Positions 37,952-48,169 of a stretch of DNA of 64,000 bases are shown here, in pieces. This DNA comes from Acidobacteriaceae bacterium (GTDB lineage Bacteria; Acidobacteriota; Terriglobia; Terriglobales; Acidobacteriaceae), in assembly GCA_027365415.1 (NCBI GenBank), contig DAHXNK010000001.1:6142-70141 (forward strand), read 5' to 3'. The first letter of the stretch is position 1. Each line of letters opens with the position of its first letter. Position numbers and translations under genes: made by a program. The notes beneath the pieces were generated by a model, which had not been told where the DNA came from, did no database searches, and saw only the letters and a list, made by a program, of their open reading frames with translations.

Positions 37952-39784
37952 CTATTCCAGCTTCGCCGGGCGCAGGCCGAGAATTTCGATCTCCAACTCC
38001 CGGCTGTTGCCGCGAAAATTGTCCGGGTCACGCAGTTTGTACGCCACATCGACGAGGGAATTCTCGCCGAGTTCCATTGCCGCCAGTTGCTCGGCCCAGT
38101 TCCAACCGAGGGCTGTGTATTGCGCTCCGGTTGGCCCCTGCGCCAGCCGCAGACGCACATGGCGCTCCTTCATAATGCGTGGCGCGGCGCTGATGCGAAC
38201 ATGACGCGCCAGAAAAATCGGCTCAGGATTGTCCATGCCATGCGGAGCCAGACGCGCCAGCCAGGTTGCCAGCGCGGGTGTCAGGCGGTCGAGTGGCAAC
38301 TCCAGTTCGCAGACAAGTTCGCTGGCAAAGGCATCGGGAGTCATCCGTTCTGCGGCGTAGGCGGCAAGGCGCTGGCGCAGCTCCGGCACGCGGGCCGAGG
38401 GAAGCGAGAAGCCCACAGCGTGCGCGTGGCCGCCATAGCGCGTAAAAAGATCGTTGCAGGTGGCGAGCGCGCCGAGCAGATGAAACGAAGGAATCGAGCG
38501 CCCGGAGCCATACGCCTCGCCCGCCTCATGCGTCAGCACCAGAGCGGGCTTGCCCACGCGATCCACCACGCGAGAGGCCAGAATGCCAATCACGCCGCGA
38601 TGCCATCCCTCCCCGTCCAGAACCAATAAAGCGGAGTCTGACAGCGAGGCATCGTCGCGCAAACGTTGCTCAATCTCGTTGAGTGCCTGCAACTCGATAT
38701 TGCGGCGCTCCGTGTTCAGGCGATGCAGTTTTTCTGCTAGCTGGCGCGCATGGGCGGGATCGCGCGTGGTGAAAAGATCGACGACATCGCTGGCAACATC
38801 CATGCGTCCGGCGGCGTTGAGTCGGGGAGCGATACGGAAGGCAATGTCGCGCGCGTTGAGACGGCGGCTGGAATCAATCTCCGCCAGTTCCAACAATGCG
38901 CGCAGGCCGGGATGCACGGGGTTCGCCAATTGCTCAATCCCCAGCGCAGTAACGACGCGATTTTCTCCCAGCAATGGAACCGAATCGGCAATGGTAGCCA
39001 GCGCCAGCAATTTAAGAAACGACGGCAGTAGCTTGGCGCGCGCGCGCTCCCGATCATTGGCTTCGAGCAGCGCCTGCGCCAGCTTGAAGGCCACGCCCGC
39101 GCCGCAGAGATGTTTGCAGGAATAGGCGCAGCCGGGCTGGTTGGGGTTCAGCACGGCAATGGCTGCGGGAATGCCCAGCGTTGCGTCGGCCAGATGATGA
39201 TCGGTAACGATCAAATCCAGTCCCAGCCGCTGCGCCTCGCTCGCTGCGGCAAAGGCGCGGATGCCATTGTCCACGCTGATGACTAGTCGCGCGCCATCGG
39301 CTGCCGCCTGCGCCATATACTCCGCCTGCATCCCATAGCCATCGCGCAGTCGGTGGGGAACGTGGAAGCGACAGATGCCGCCGAGTGTTTCAATGGCCGT
39401 CTTCAGCAGCACCACGGCAATAGTGCCGTCCACATCGTAATCGCCGTAGATCAGAACGGGTTGCTGCTGCGCGATGGCTTTCTGGACACGCGCCACGGCT
39501 GTCGTCATGCCAAGCATGGCATACGGGTTCAGCAGATGATCGAGATGCGGCGAAAGGAATGCTTCGGCCTCTTGCGCCGTGCGCGCGCCGCGAGCGCACA
39601 GCAATTCCGCAATGATGAGAGGCATCGCCGCTGCTCGCGCCAAAGTCTCTGCGGCAGCATCGGGCGCGCCAACCTTCCAATGCTGGGCCGAGGTAACGGC
39701 ATTCTCTGCACGGCTCGCAGGAGGAGGCGCAGCGCTGGCAACTGCGGGAAGTTCTCCCATCTCTGCCGCAGGAGAAAGACTCAT
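37952..39784 (-). CDS. recJ: single-stranded-DNA-specific exonuclease RecJ
   Basis: DHH motifs 'IYGDYDVDGT', 'LIVTDHH' and 'VDNG', and DHHA1 'GGHAHAVG'. ATG 39784 overlaps the stop of the upstream ORF (ATGA), giving 610 aa. The 39877 extension is unlikely. Confidence 0.93.
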   Translation of the reverse strand: MSLSPAAEMGELPAVASAAPPPASRAENAVTSAQHWKVGAPDAAAETLARAAAMPLIIAELLCARGARTAQEAEAFLSPHLDHLLNPYAMLGMTTAVARVQKAIAQQQPVLIYGDYDVDGTIAVVLLKTAIETLGGICRFHVPHRLRDGYGMQAEYMAQAAADGARLVISVDNGIRAFAAASEAQRLGLDLIVTDHHLADATLGIPAAIAVLNPNQPGCAYSCKHLCGAGVAFKLAQALLEANDRERARAKLLPSFLKLLALATIADSVPLLGENRVVTALGIEQLANPVHPGLRALLELAEIDSSRRLNARDIAFRIAPRLNAAGRMDVASDVVDLFTTRDPAHARQLAEKLHRLNTERRNIELQALNEIEQRLRDDASLSDSALLVLDGEGWHRGVIGILASRVVDRVGKPALVLTHEAGEAYGSGRSIPSFHLLGALATCNDLFTRYGGHAHAVGFSLPSARVPELRQRLAAYAAERMTPDAFASELVCELELPLDRLTPALATWLARLAPHGMDNPEPIFLARHVRISAAPRIMKERHVRLRLAQGPTGAQYTALGWNWAEQLAAMELGENSLVDVAYKLRDPDNFRGNSRELEIEILGLRPAKLE

Positions 39785-40263
39785 TCCATCCCTTCCTCGC
39801 CAGAGGAGGAATGGGGATCTAAGACATCCTGCATATAGTCGATGGCCTCCACCAGATGGCGGTATTGGCCGTACCACTTCGTCACCGTTTCATGCACGAA
39901 GAGAAATCCCTGATGCGCGAAGGCCAGCTCAATATGCCCGATCTTGCCGATGTGTTGCAGCAGCTTGTGCGCTTCGTCAATGTCGGCGGCCAGATCATTC
40001 AGGCGGGTCAGCTCCTGCAACTCTTCGAGCAGCATTTCCAGCGTGGCCGCCTCCAGTTGATCCTCGCCGATCATGATGAGCGGGACATTCACGGTCTTCG
40101 CCATCTCGACGAAATCCTTCCAGCTATCCATGTTGTCGGGGTCGTTCCACCAGACGCGGGGCGCATCCTCTGGAATCAGCGCGGGGAAGTGGCGAATGCC
40201 GTGGCCTTCAATAAAGGCAATCATGTCGTCTTTCAGAAAAGTTAAATTGTCGGATTCAGTCAT
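39781..40263 (-). CDS. hypothetical acidic protein translationally coupled to recJ
   Basis: 160 aa with backbone G+C. Its stop TGA overlaps the recJ ATG. No motif recognised. Confidence 0.6.
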   Translation of the reverse strand: MTESDNLTFLKDDMIAFIEGHGIRHFPALIPEDAPRVWWNDPDNMDSWKDFVEMAKTVNVPLIMIGEDQLEAATLEMLLEELQELTRLNDLAADIDEAHKLLQHIGKIGHIELAFAHQGFLFVHETVTKWYGQYRHLVEAIDYMQDVLDPHSSSGEEGME

Positions 40264-40331
40264 CTCAATTGGTATTCTCGCAGACTGCTTTAGGATGGGA
40301 GTAGAAGAATTTTCTCAGGAGAGCAACGAGA

Positions 40332-40721
40332 GTGGCAAAGTTTGAGCGGCATATATTTGTTTGCACCAACCAGCGAGAGCCGGGAAGCGCCCGCAGATGC
40401 TGCAATCCAGAGGGTAAAGCGGAGCTGCACGCGCTGCTGAAACAGGCCACGGACGCGGCGGGACTCAAGACCACGGTGCGCGTGAACAAGGCAGGATGCC
40501 TAGATCAGTGCGAGCACGGGCCAACGGTGGTCGTGTATCCAGAGGGCATCTGGTACGGAGGAATCCTAGCGGAGGATATCGCGGAAATTGTGCAGTCGCA
40601 TCTGGTCGAAGGCCGTCCGGTGCAGCGATTGGTGCTGGACGATGCCTGCGTCAATACCGCATCGTGCGCGCATAAACCGCGCGCATCTGGCACATCCACC
40701 ACATTCACCCAATCCGCATAA
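40332..40721 (+). CDS. thioredoxin-like [2Fe-2S] ferredoxin domain protein
   Basis: GTG start after GGAGAG. 'HIFVCTNQR...RCC...GCLDQCEHGP' cysteine pattern. Confidence 0.85.
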   Translation: MAKFERHIFVCTNQREPGSARRCCNPEGKAELHALLKQATDAAGLKTTVRVNKAGCLDQCEHGPTVVVYPEGIWYGGILAEDIAEIVQSHLVEGRPVQRLVLDDACVNTASCAHKPRASGTSTTFTQSA

Positions 40722-40766
40722 ACGGGCGGCCATGACCGCCGCGTATGCTATATTTCAGAGAGAATC

Positions 40767-41045
40767 ATGATTTTATCGAGAGACTACGTTGGATATCTGG
40801 CGCGCCAGACGGTCAAGAGCTTGATGGATGCGAAGCTGATTCGCACCGACAAGGTCGCCGTATTGCAGGAGCGCGTGCAGGCCGGGCTGTTGGATGAGCT
40901 TGCGCTGGAAGATCGCATCAACGAGGAAGTACGCGTGATTCTGGAAGCGTATCAGGAAGACATGCTCCGCAGCGGAGCCAGCTACCCGGAGATGTTCAAA
41001 AAGGTCAAGATGGAATTGGCCCGAAAGTACAAGGCTATCCTGTGA
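40767..41045 (+). CDS. DUF507 family protein
   Basis: 92 aa with 'LSRDYVGYLARQTVKSL' typical of DUF507. Overlaps the next paralogue by 4 nt. Confidence 0.8.
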   Translation: MILSRDYVGYLARQTVKSLMDAKLIRTDKVAVLQERVQAGLLDELALEDRINEEVRVILEAYQEDMLRSGASYPEMFKKVKMELARKYKAIL

Positions 41046-41317
41046 GAATCTCGCGCGATAAAGTCAATAAACTCGCTCATGTAGTAGCCGATACGCTGGC
41101 TGAAGTCAACGAGTGCGATTTTCTGGAAGACCGCAATACCATTCGACAGAAGGCCCGCGACATCCTGGAAAAACTCCTGACCGAGGAGATGCGGATCGAC
41201 ACGGCGGCGCGCCTGAAGGTGCAGTCGCATAAACGCGATATTCCCGAAGGCAGCCAGGAGTGGGATATTCTGTACCGCAAATACTACAACGACGAAGTGA
41301 AAAAGCTCGGTATCTAG
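41042..41317 (+). CDS. DUF507 family protein (paralogue)
   Basis: 91 aa with 'ISRDKVNKLAHVVADTL'. The usual tandem DUF507 pair. Confidence 0.8.
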   Translation: MRISRDKVNKLAHVVADTLAEVNECDFLEDRNTIRQKARDILEKLLTEEMRIDTAARLKVQSHKRDIPEGSQEWDILYRKYYNDEVKKLGI

Positions 41318-41402
41318 GGCGAGACCACACTCCCCTAGGAGCGGAAGCCTGCGCTGCTTGTGCAGCGGTTACGGACGGGATGAAGCCCGTCCCCTTCAAA
41401 TC

Positions 41403-42221
41403 TCAGACCGTGGTGTAGATTACTGGATTCAGGGGCGACGCAATCACTTCGCCTTCCTGAACGCCCGGACACCAGCGCGCGATATCAGCCACTTGATTTT
41501 TATTCTTGGGTTTCACCAGGCGCATGTCCTCATCCATATAGATGACCGTCATTATTTCCCGGGGACGATCCGTTGTGTTTTTTCCAGCCCGATGAAATGT
41601 CCAGCCAGCATGGAAGCTGACATCTCCAAGCGCGAATGGACTCTCTTCAAGTTGGAACGTCTCAAGCGCCTGCTTCAACGTCAACTCGCTCTCATCGCTG
41701 ATTTCAAGGTCTCGGCCAAGCTGGAAGCGATGACTTTTTTCGCAGAAGGCAAGTGGCCCCATTGCAAGCGGCGTGTCTTGTAACGGAATCCATGCGGTGA
41801 CCATGTTGTCGTTGGAGACGGGCCAGTAATACTGATCGGCGTGCCACGGGGTGATGCCACCACCCGGCTCCTTGTAAAGAGCCTGATCGTGATACATCCG
41901 CACGCCACGACAGCCCATGAGTTCCGTCGCGATCCGGGCGAGGCGTTTTCCAAAAACAAACTCCCGAATTAAAGCATCCTCCTCCCACAGATTCATGATT
42001 TGTAAAAAAGCCTTGTCGTATGTGGAGCGCTGATCGAGCGGCAGCCGCTGCGTATTCAACTTCTTAACCTGCGCCGCGATCTCTCGTCGATAGCGTTCGA
42101 TCAAATCCGCAGAGAGGACGTTCCGCAGCTTGACATAGCCATTTTCCCGATAGAAATTTACTTCATCCTTCGTGAGCTTATATGGCAGGTCAAGTTCTTG
42201 TTCAATCGATTTTGTAGCCAT
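41403..42221 (-). CDS. phytanoyl-CoA dioxygenase (PhyH) family Fe(II)/2-oxoglutarate oxygenase
   Basis: 272 aa with 'WHADQYYWP' (H-x-D) and distal 'SFHAGWTFHRAGKN'. Confidence 0.8.
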   Translation of the reverse strand: MATKSIEQELDLPYKLTKDEVNFYRENGYVKLRNVLSADLIERYRREIAAQVKKLNTQRLPLDQRSTYDKAFLQIMNLWEEDALIREFVFGKRLARIATELMGCRGVRMYHDQALYKEPGGGITPWHADQYYWPVSNDNMVTAWIPLQDTPLAMGPLAFCEKSHRFQLGRDLEISDESELTLKQALETFQLEESPFALGDVSFHAGWTFHRAGKNTTDRPREIMTVIYMDEDMRLVKPKNKNQVADIARWCPGVQEGEVIASPLNPVIYTTV

Positions 42222-42373
42222 CGTGAAAGCATCTCCTTAACGCCGCAAGACAGGTCTTGAACTGAATCCGTGGGTTCCTTGTTCCTTGGGCAGAGCTTCT
42301 CCAGGCGCAATTCTCTTAGCGGAAGCGTTCCATTGTCAAGCGGAACAGCGGTTGTTGCCCGAAAGCAAACGCG

Positions 42374-45300
42374 CTAAAAGATCACTTTTCCGCCCAATTG
42401 AAAGACGCGGTTCCCCGGCAGGTTGGAGGCAGCGGTGAGCGTATTTCCATAGGAAGAATTGTACTTGTTGGATAAAAACGGATTGACCGCCAGCGCAGAA
42501 TTGTATGCATTTAGGCCGGGGTTCGGCGTGCCTAGATAGTCGTGGTTGAAGACGTTATAGGCGTTGAGCTGTAACTGGACGGAGACCCGTTCGGTGATGC
42601 AGATGGTTTTGAAGAGATTGGCGTCGATATTGTAAAAATTCTGTCCGCGCAGAATGTTGCGACCTGATCCCGGATAGGGATTGCCTAAGGTCACAGCTTC
42701 ATTTTGATTGTCCACAATCCAGTGCGTGCTTGCCGGGTTTACCTGAGTTGTTGTGCCATAGGCAACATATCCATTGCCGGGGCCAGCGTTGTACGCCACC
42801 GTGTTGAGCGGAGCATGTACGTTGGAAAGCACCATGCGGCAGGTATCCACCTGCGAATACGATTGGTTGAAGCTGCTATCGCACATGCTGGACTCGGTCG
42901 CGCTAGTTACCGGGTTGGTAAAGGAAAGCGGCTGGTAGGGGTTATAGGGCTGCCCGGTGTTGTAGGTATAGACACCATTAAAACTATAACCGCCGAATAA
43001 CTTGTTCTTCCAGTTGGACTGGTGGGCATAGAATGGCAGGTCGTAGGTCAACCCAAGAGCGGCAACACTGGGGTACGAGTTACCACTGAGGCCACGCTCC
43101 GCTCGATTCGTGTGGAGCGGATTTTGCGCGTAGGCCACGGTTGTTCCGCCCGAATAGGTTCCGAAGACTTCACTGACATTATCGATGGTGCGGCTGTAGG
43201 TGTAGGCAAAGTTGGCGGTCAGCCCATGTAGATTGCGCGTGATGATGCTGGTTTGCAGGCCGTCGTAGAGCGAGAAGCCGCCGTTGGTCTCCAGCCCAAG
43301 GTTGGACTTGGCGCAACTGGGACGTCCATAACCAGGCTGGGTCGCGTCCGCGCACAAAGAACTGGGCGAGACGACATTGGGAAAGACCTGCGAGACGGGA
43401 AGCAAATCTGGGTTGGCATCCACGGATTGAAAATTATGCACCGTATGGTTTCCGACATACCGTATCGACAGCAACACGTTGGGGCCAGCTTGATATTCCA
43501 CTCCAAGAGAAAAAGTCTCGGCATAGGGATTCAGAAATGGGGACGAGACGTAGGTTTGGTTGTTGAAGGCCGGATTAGCTCCCGTGGGCAGGTAGTGCAG
43601 GTCGGCGGCGCGTACATCGCCTCCGGTAAAGCCGCCGCTGGATGGCAAGCATGCGCCGCCGCCGCAGGTGAAGAGATTCTGATTCACGACCGGGCTGGCA
43701 ATCGCGCCCAGCAGGAACATATTGTAGAACGCTGGATCGAAGTTGATGGCAAAGCCGCCGCGCACCACCAGTTTGTGATCGAGAATGCCGGGATTCCAGG
43801 AAAATCCAAGTCGGGGCTGATAGTTCTTCCAGTTGCGGGGAACCTTGGGCGCGATGGTGACGGAGAGCGGCAGGCTGGTATTCCAGAAGGGATTTGGCCC
43901 GGTCTGCTGCGCCAGGCTGGAGGCGTGCAGCTCATTGACGGCCTGACCGAAATACTCCCAACGCAGGCCCAGGTTGAGCATCAGATCGGGACGAACCTTC
44001 CAGTCATCCTGAAGGTAGAGAGCCGCATCCGCTTCCGTGAAGGGAATCACCGGATTGCCATTGGCCAGCTCGACCGCGCCAGTGCCGTGGGAGTCATTCA
44101 AAAACGCGTTCATATTGCTATACAGAAAGACGCCGTTGTACGTGGGCAAAAAGACGTTGGGGGAGTTCTGATAATCCCATTCTCCGCCAAAGGCAATGCT
44201 GTGGTTGCCGCGCGTCCAGTTGGCATTGTCCTGTACCTGTGTAACCTTTACCGTTCTGCCCTGCGGATAGCCCGCGCTCAAGCCGAAGCTGGAGTCGGTG
44301 GTGCCGCCGGTGTAGAAAAGCTCCGAGGGACAGGCGGTCATGTTGGTCGTGGTGCAGCTTGTGTTGGATCCGCCTTCAAAATCCAGCTTGGATTCCTGAA
44401 AGCTGTAGCGAAGCTGGTCGATCCAGTGCGGAGAAAAAGTATGCGTCCAATCGCCGCCAACGGAGTAGTTGGTGTCCGGGATGTTGACGTACTCCCCCTG
44501 GGCAATGGAGGGCGCAGCATAGCCAGCCGTGAGTTCGGACTGATAAAAGAAGCGCAGATAAAAGCGATCCTTTTGCATCGGCTGCCAATCAAGACGTCCT
44601 AGGTCTTCCTGATCTGTAAAGGGCGTTGGGATCGAGCGCTGAAATTGCGCTACCTGAATCGCCACCGGGCCACCGGGAGAAGTGACGGTCTCCGTTGTCG
44701 TGGTGCCGGGGATAACGGATGGGTTTCCTGCCGTTTCTCCGAAGGGGCCGTTGTTGGTAAGGACGCCAACGGCGGGATTGCCGGGGAAGGCGGAGGCCAG
44801 TTGTTGCAGTCCAAGCGGCGTGGGCGTCACCGCTCCTTGGGATGAGGAAGGAACAACGCCGGTAAAGGCGCGCTCCGCATAGGTGCTGCCGAAGAACCAG
44901 AGCTTGTCCTTCAGGATGGGGCCGCCGAGTGTTCCTCCAAAGCGATTATCGACAAGATTGGGCAGGGTCGGCACGATGCAGCCAGTGAGGGAGGGATTCT
45001 GGTGCGGCAGGCAGAATCCAAAGAGCGGAGATTTCTGCTGATTCTCCAGTGAGCTGAGCCAGGAGCCGGTGTAAAACTCAAAGCCGCTGCCATGCAAGGT
45101 GTTGGTGCCGTTTTTGGTGACGTAGTTAACCACGGAACCCATGTTCCGGCCATATTGGGCACTGTAGTTGTCGGTGATGACTTGTATCTCCGCCAGCGCG
45201 TCCTGATTGCCAAAAAGAATCTGTGGCCCGGCGACGGAGTTGTCATTGTTCGACTGACCATCCAACTCAAAGTTATTGGCGCGACCGCGCTGACCGTTAG

Positions 45301-45934
45301 CGGAGAAGCCCGCGCCATTGGTGTTGCTAAAGTTGTCGTCCAGCGTGCGGGCGACGCCGGGAACTAGCAGCGCGACAGAGTCAAATCCATTGGCAAAGGG
45401 CAAATCCTGCAATTGCTGCGAGGAGAATGTGGTGGAGACCTGCGACTGGGTTGTATCCAGAGAAACACCGTTGTTCTCATGCACGGTGACGGTGGAGGAT
45501 GTTCCCAGGGCCAGCTTCTGTTCGCCAAGCGCGGCCACGCCTCCTGTCACCACGCGCGCGCCGCTGAATCGAAGCGGGCGAAAGCCAGAGGCGACAATCG
45601 AGAGCGTGTAGACGCCGATGGGCACATCGTGGAATGCGTAGTCGCCGTTGCCTTGCGATGTGGTTGCGAGAGTGGCTCCGGTGCTGGCGTTGACGGCGGT
45701 CACGGACGCGCCGGGAATCACCGCTCCCCGTGGATCAACGATGGTGCCAGTGATCGTTCCGGTGATGATGCCTTGCGCGACGGCCTGGCGTGCAGCCAGA
45801 GCCAGAATGACGATGGAGCAAAACAGGCAGAATCGAAGCAAAAGACAATTCCCAGCCCGCACCGTAACCTCCGTGTGGCACTGCCGCATCGGTCGGATAC
45901 GGCCTGCCGATGTTGTTCTTGCGTAGGGTCTCAT
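42374..45934 (-). CDS. TonB-dependent receptor with N-terminal carboxypeptidase-regulatory-like domain
   Basis: 'GTITGTIVDPRGAVIPGASVTAVN', a plug and a long beta-barrel, C-terminal '...QLGGKVIF'. The more likely start is ATG 45889 (signal peptide). Confidence 0.88.
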   Translation of the reverse strand: MRPYARTTSAGRIRPMRQCHTEVTVRAGNCLLLRFCLFCSIVILALAARQAVAQGIITGTITGTIVDPRGAVIPGASVTAVNASTGATLATTSQGNGDYAFHDVPIGVYTLSIVASGFRPLRFSGARVVTGGVAALGEQKLALGTSSTVTVHENNGVSLDTTQSQVSTTFSSQQLQDLPFANGFDSVALLVPGVARTLDDNFSNTNGAGFSANGQRGRANNFELDGQSNNDNSVAGPQILFGNQDALAEIQVITDNYSAQYGRNMGSVVNYVTKNGTNTLHGSGFEFYTGSWLSSLENQQKSPLFGFCLPHQNPSLTGCIVPTLPNLVDNRFGGTLGGPILKDKLWFFGSTYAERAFTGVVPSSSQGAVTPTPLGLQQLASAFPGNPAVGVLTNNGPFGETAGNPSVIPGTTTTETVTSPGGPVAIQVAQFQRSIPTPFTDQEDLGRLDWQPMQKDRFYLRFFYQSELTAGYAAPSIAQGEYVNIPDTNYSVGGDWTHTFSPHWIDQLRYSFQESKLDFEGGSNTSCTTTNMTACPSELFYTGGTTDSSFGLSAGYPQGRTVKVTQVQDNANWTRGNHSIAFGGEWDYQNSPNVFLPTYNGVFLYSNMNAFLNDSHGTGAVELANGNPVIPFTEADAALYLQDDWKVRPDLMLNLGLRWEYFGQAVNELHASSLAQQTGPNPFWNTSLPLSVTIAPKVPRNWKNYQPRLGFSWNPGILDHKLVVRGGFAINFDPAFYNMFLLGAIASPVVNQNLFTCGGGACLPSSGGFTGGDVRAADLHYLPTGANPAFNNQTYVSSPFLNPYAETFSLGVEYQAGPNVLLSIRYVGNHTVHNFQSVDANPDLLPVSQVFPNVVSPSSLCADATQPGYGRPSCAKSNLGLETNGGFSLYDGLQTSIITRNLHGLTANFAYTYSRTIDNVSEVFGTYSGGTTVAYAQNPLHTNRAERGLSGNSYPSVAALGLTYDLPFYAHQSNWKNKLFGGYSFNGVYTYNTGQPYNPYQPLSFTNPVTSATESSMCDSSFNQSYSQVDTCRMVLSNVHAPLNTVAYNAGPGNGYVAYGTTTQVNPASTHWIVDNQNEAVTLGNPYPGSGRNILRGQNFYNIDANLFKTICITERVSVQLQLNAYNVFNHDYLGTPNPGLNAYNSALAVNPFLSNKYNSSYGNTLTAASNLPGNRVFQLGGKVIF

Positions 45935-46081
45935 CTTAAAGGCAATGAAGGTTGCTTTGTCCAGCTTTTTCTTTCAGGGGTATTCCTGATGTAGACGCAG
46001 AGGCGCGTTCGTTCCATTTTGGAAACATTGCCCCAAGCTGGGGAATGGAAGGATGCAGAGAAATCTTGGGAAAATCGCTTT

Positions 46082-46804
46082 TTAGTGTGCGTGCAAAACC
46101 AGAGACGATCCCTTGTCGAAGCTGACGGTGATCTGAAATTTGCGGCGCAGCTTCCACTGCTGCTGCGTAATGGGATAGTTGAAGACCACCAGCCCCTCTG
46201 CGGTCTGCCCCGGCGGAATCACCTGATGCCGCAGCAGCGGTTGCATCCGCACCGAAGCCAAATCGGGAAATCCCTGAAAAAGGCGGTCGATATCTGTGGG
46301 GCTGGCCCCTAGGCTGCTCTGCTGCTCCTGCGGCAGCGTGAGCTGCGCCGACAGATCGAAAATATCCAGCGGGGCTTTGGAGATGTTTTTCACCTGCACC
46401 TGTCCGAGTACGATTACCTGATCCTGATCGAGCGGCGCTCCGGGCATTCCCGGCCCAGGAGTACCGGGATCCGAATCGGCGTTGGGGTTAAAAACAGGAT
46501 GGATGGGATACATCGTCAACCGCACCACGGATCCGGAGGCGACCGGAGCAACACTGCCAACACCCGTGTAGAAGAGCACCATGCCAATGCTGGTGATGGC
46601 CAACGCGATCAGAATGGGCAGGCCGTATTCCTGAAGCAACGGGCAGGGCAGCAAGCGGCATACCCGCGAACGAAACGAATCAGCGCTCGCCGAGTCTGGC
46701 TCAGAGAAATTAGGCGTTGGGGAAGAAGGCGTATTCATGGCTGCCAGCATTCTAGCGCGAAGAGCCATTGTCAGGATTCCGCGCCGCGTTTTTTGCACGC
46801 ACAT
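46082..46804 (-). CDS. hypothetical membrane-anchored protein
   Basis: One TM helix ('LPILIALAITSIGMVLFY') followed by a beta-rich ectodomain. Start uncertain. Confidence 0.5.
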   Translation of the reverse strand: MCVQKTRRGILTMALRARMLAAMNTPSSPTPNFSEPDSASADSFRSRVCRLLPCPLLQEYGLPILIALAITSIGMVLFYTGVGSVAPVASGSVVRLTMYPIHPVFNPNADSDPGTPGPGMPGAPLDQDQVIVLGQVQVKNISKAPLDIFDLSAQLTLPQEQQSSLGASPTDIDRLFQGFPDLASVRMQPLLRHQVIPPGQTAEGLVVFNYPITQQQWKLRRKFQITVSFDKGSSLVLHAH

Positions 46805-46991
46805 CCGCGAAACATGTCATCCCCCCGTTCCAGAATGCTCCCAGGGTCTGTTCCAAAGCGCGCATATGAGACACTGCGGCCAACGCAAACACCCGCGCCC
46901 ACCTGCAAGGCGACAGATCTGCCTTGGGTGGTTAACATGGGCACGCGCATGCCCTGTGAGCGCTTCAGCTTAGAACGCTTTGGTTGTACGT

Positions 46992-47210
46992 CTAGACGGC
47001 TTGGTTCAGGCACACCACCGCATCGGCCTGCGGTCCCTTGTCCCCCTGCACGATGTCAAACTCGACATCATCGCCCTCTTTTAGGCTTTTGTAGCCATCG
47101 GTGCGGATCGCGCTGTAATGCACGAACACATCCGGCCCGTCCTCTCGACCAATAAATCCGAATCCCTTCGAGTTATTGAACCACTTCACTTTTCCTTTGA
47201 ACTGAGTCAC
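46992..47210 (-). CDS. cold-shock protein (CspA family)
   Basis: RNP1 'KGFGFI' and RNP2 'VFVHYS'. The 110-aa ORF is over-extended; GTG 47210 gives a normal 72-aa Csp. Confidence 0.88.
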   Translation of the reverse strand: MTQFKGKVKWFNNSKGFGFIGREDGPDVFVHYSAIRTDGYKSLKEGDDVEFDIVQGDKGPQADAVVCLNQAV

Positions 47211-47403
47211 GAAGAAACCCTGCCTTCCATACAAATTGGAACCGCGCGGTTGCAGCGAGCGGACTCCCTGAGGATATAGACGCAGGATTGCGGTTTTGGT
47301 TATGCGGGGGTACGCGGCGGACATGAAGAAAAGATCGCGCGGGGGGATGTGCCTATTCTCTTGAAAATACGAACGAAGCCGGAGTCGGTCTTTGCTCCCT
47401 CCG

Positions 47404-48096
47404 CTATGCGCGGGTGCGGCGCAGACGATCGTAGAGCAGCAGGGCGATCATGCTCTTCCCGTCGATGATTTTATTGCGCTCCACCCAGCGCAGCGCCTCG
47501 GAGAGCGGCACCATCTGGCACTCAATGAATTCATCTTCCTCCGGCTGCGCCTGGCCCGCCGTGAGTTCCTCGGCCAAATATATCTGCATCCACTCGCCCA
47601 GAAATCCTGGACTGGGGTAGAAGCGAATCAGCTTGCTCCAGCGACGCGCGCGATAGCCCGTCTCCTCGATCAGCTCACGTTTGGCCCCGGGCAGCGGAGC
47701 TTCGTTCGGCTCTTTGCGTCCGGCGGGCAGCTCCCACAGATATTGGCCTGCGGCGTGGCGATATTGCCGCTCCAGCAGCACCAGCGGGTCTTTTTTTCTT
47801 TTGCTGTCATCGACGGCCAGAATCACCACCGAACCGGTGTGGCGAATCACATCGCGGCGCGAGGCAACGCCCCCCGGCTCGCGCACGTATTCCGAATGCA
47901 CGTCGAAGAGCGGGCCGCGATAGGCCACCTCAGAAGAAATCAATACAACCTTCTCGTCTTTGGACAAGCCCTTGGACTTGTTTTTGAGCAGAGATGACGG
48001 CGCAAGTTTGTCTTTGGATTGTGTTTTTTTTGAAGAAGTCTGCGGTTTCACGGTCTGTTTTCTGGGTGTCATCGGTGAAGAATGTCCTATCTGCAA
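47404..48096 (-). CDS. NUDIX hydrolase (ADP-ribose pyrophosphatase-like)
   Basis: Nudix box '[23 protein letters not shown]'. Lys/Ser-rich N-terminal extension. Confidence 0.85.
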   Translation of the reverse strand: MQIGHSSPMTPRKQTVKPQTSSKKTQSKDKLAPSSLLKNKSKGLSKDEKVVLISSEVAYRGPLFDVHSEYVREPGGVASRRDVIRHTGSVVILAVDDSKRKKDPLVLLERQYRHAAGQYLWELPAGRKEPNEAPLPGAKRELIEETGYRARRWSKLIRFYPSPGFLGEWMQIYLAEELTAGQAQPEEDEFIECQMVPLSEALRWVERNKIIDGKSMIALLLYDRLRRTRA

Positions 48097-48169
48097 GATA
48101 CCATTCTCTGACGCCAGCGGCGATCCGGCAGCGAATTTCTTAGAAGGAAGAGCTTTGGAGATCGCTGTT

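Noticed and set aside
43253-44602. 449-aa ORF antisense to the TonB-dependent receptor, and similar long antisense ORFs at 55724-56764, 21335-22138, 16511-17407, 11232-12107, 4910-5545 and 37913-38629
   Set aside because: All lie fully inside well-supported genes on the opposite strand. They have the composition typical of high-G+C shadow frames and carry no recognisable motifs.
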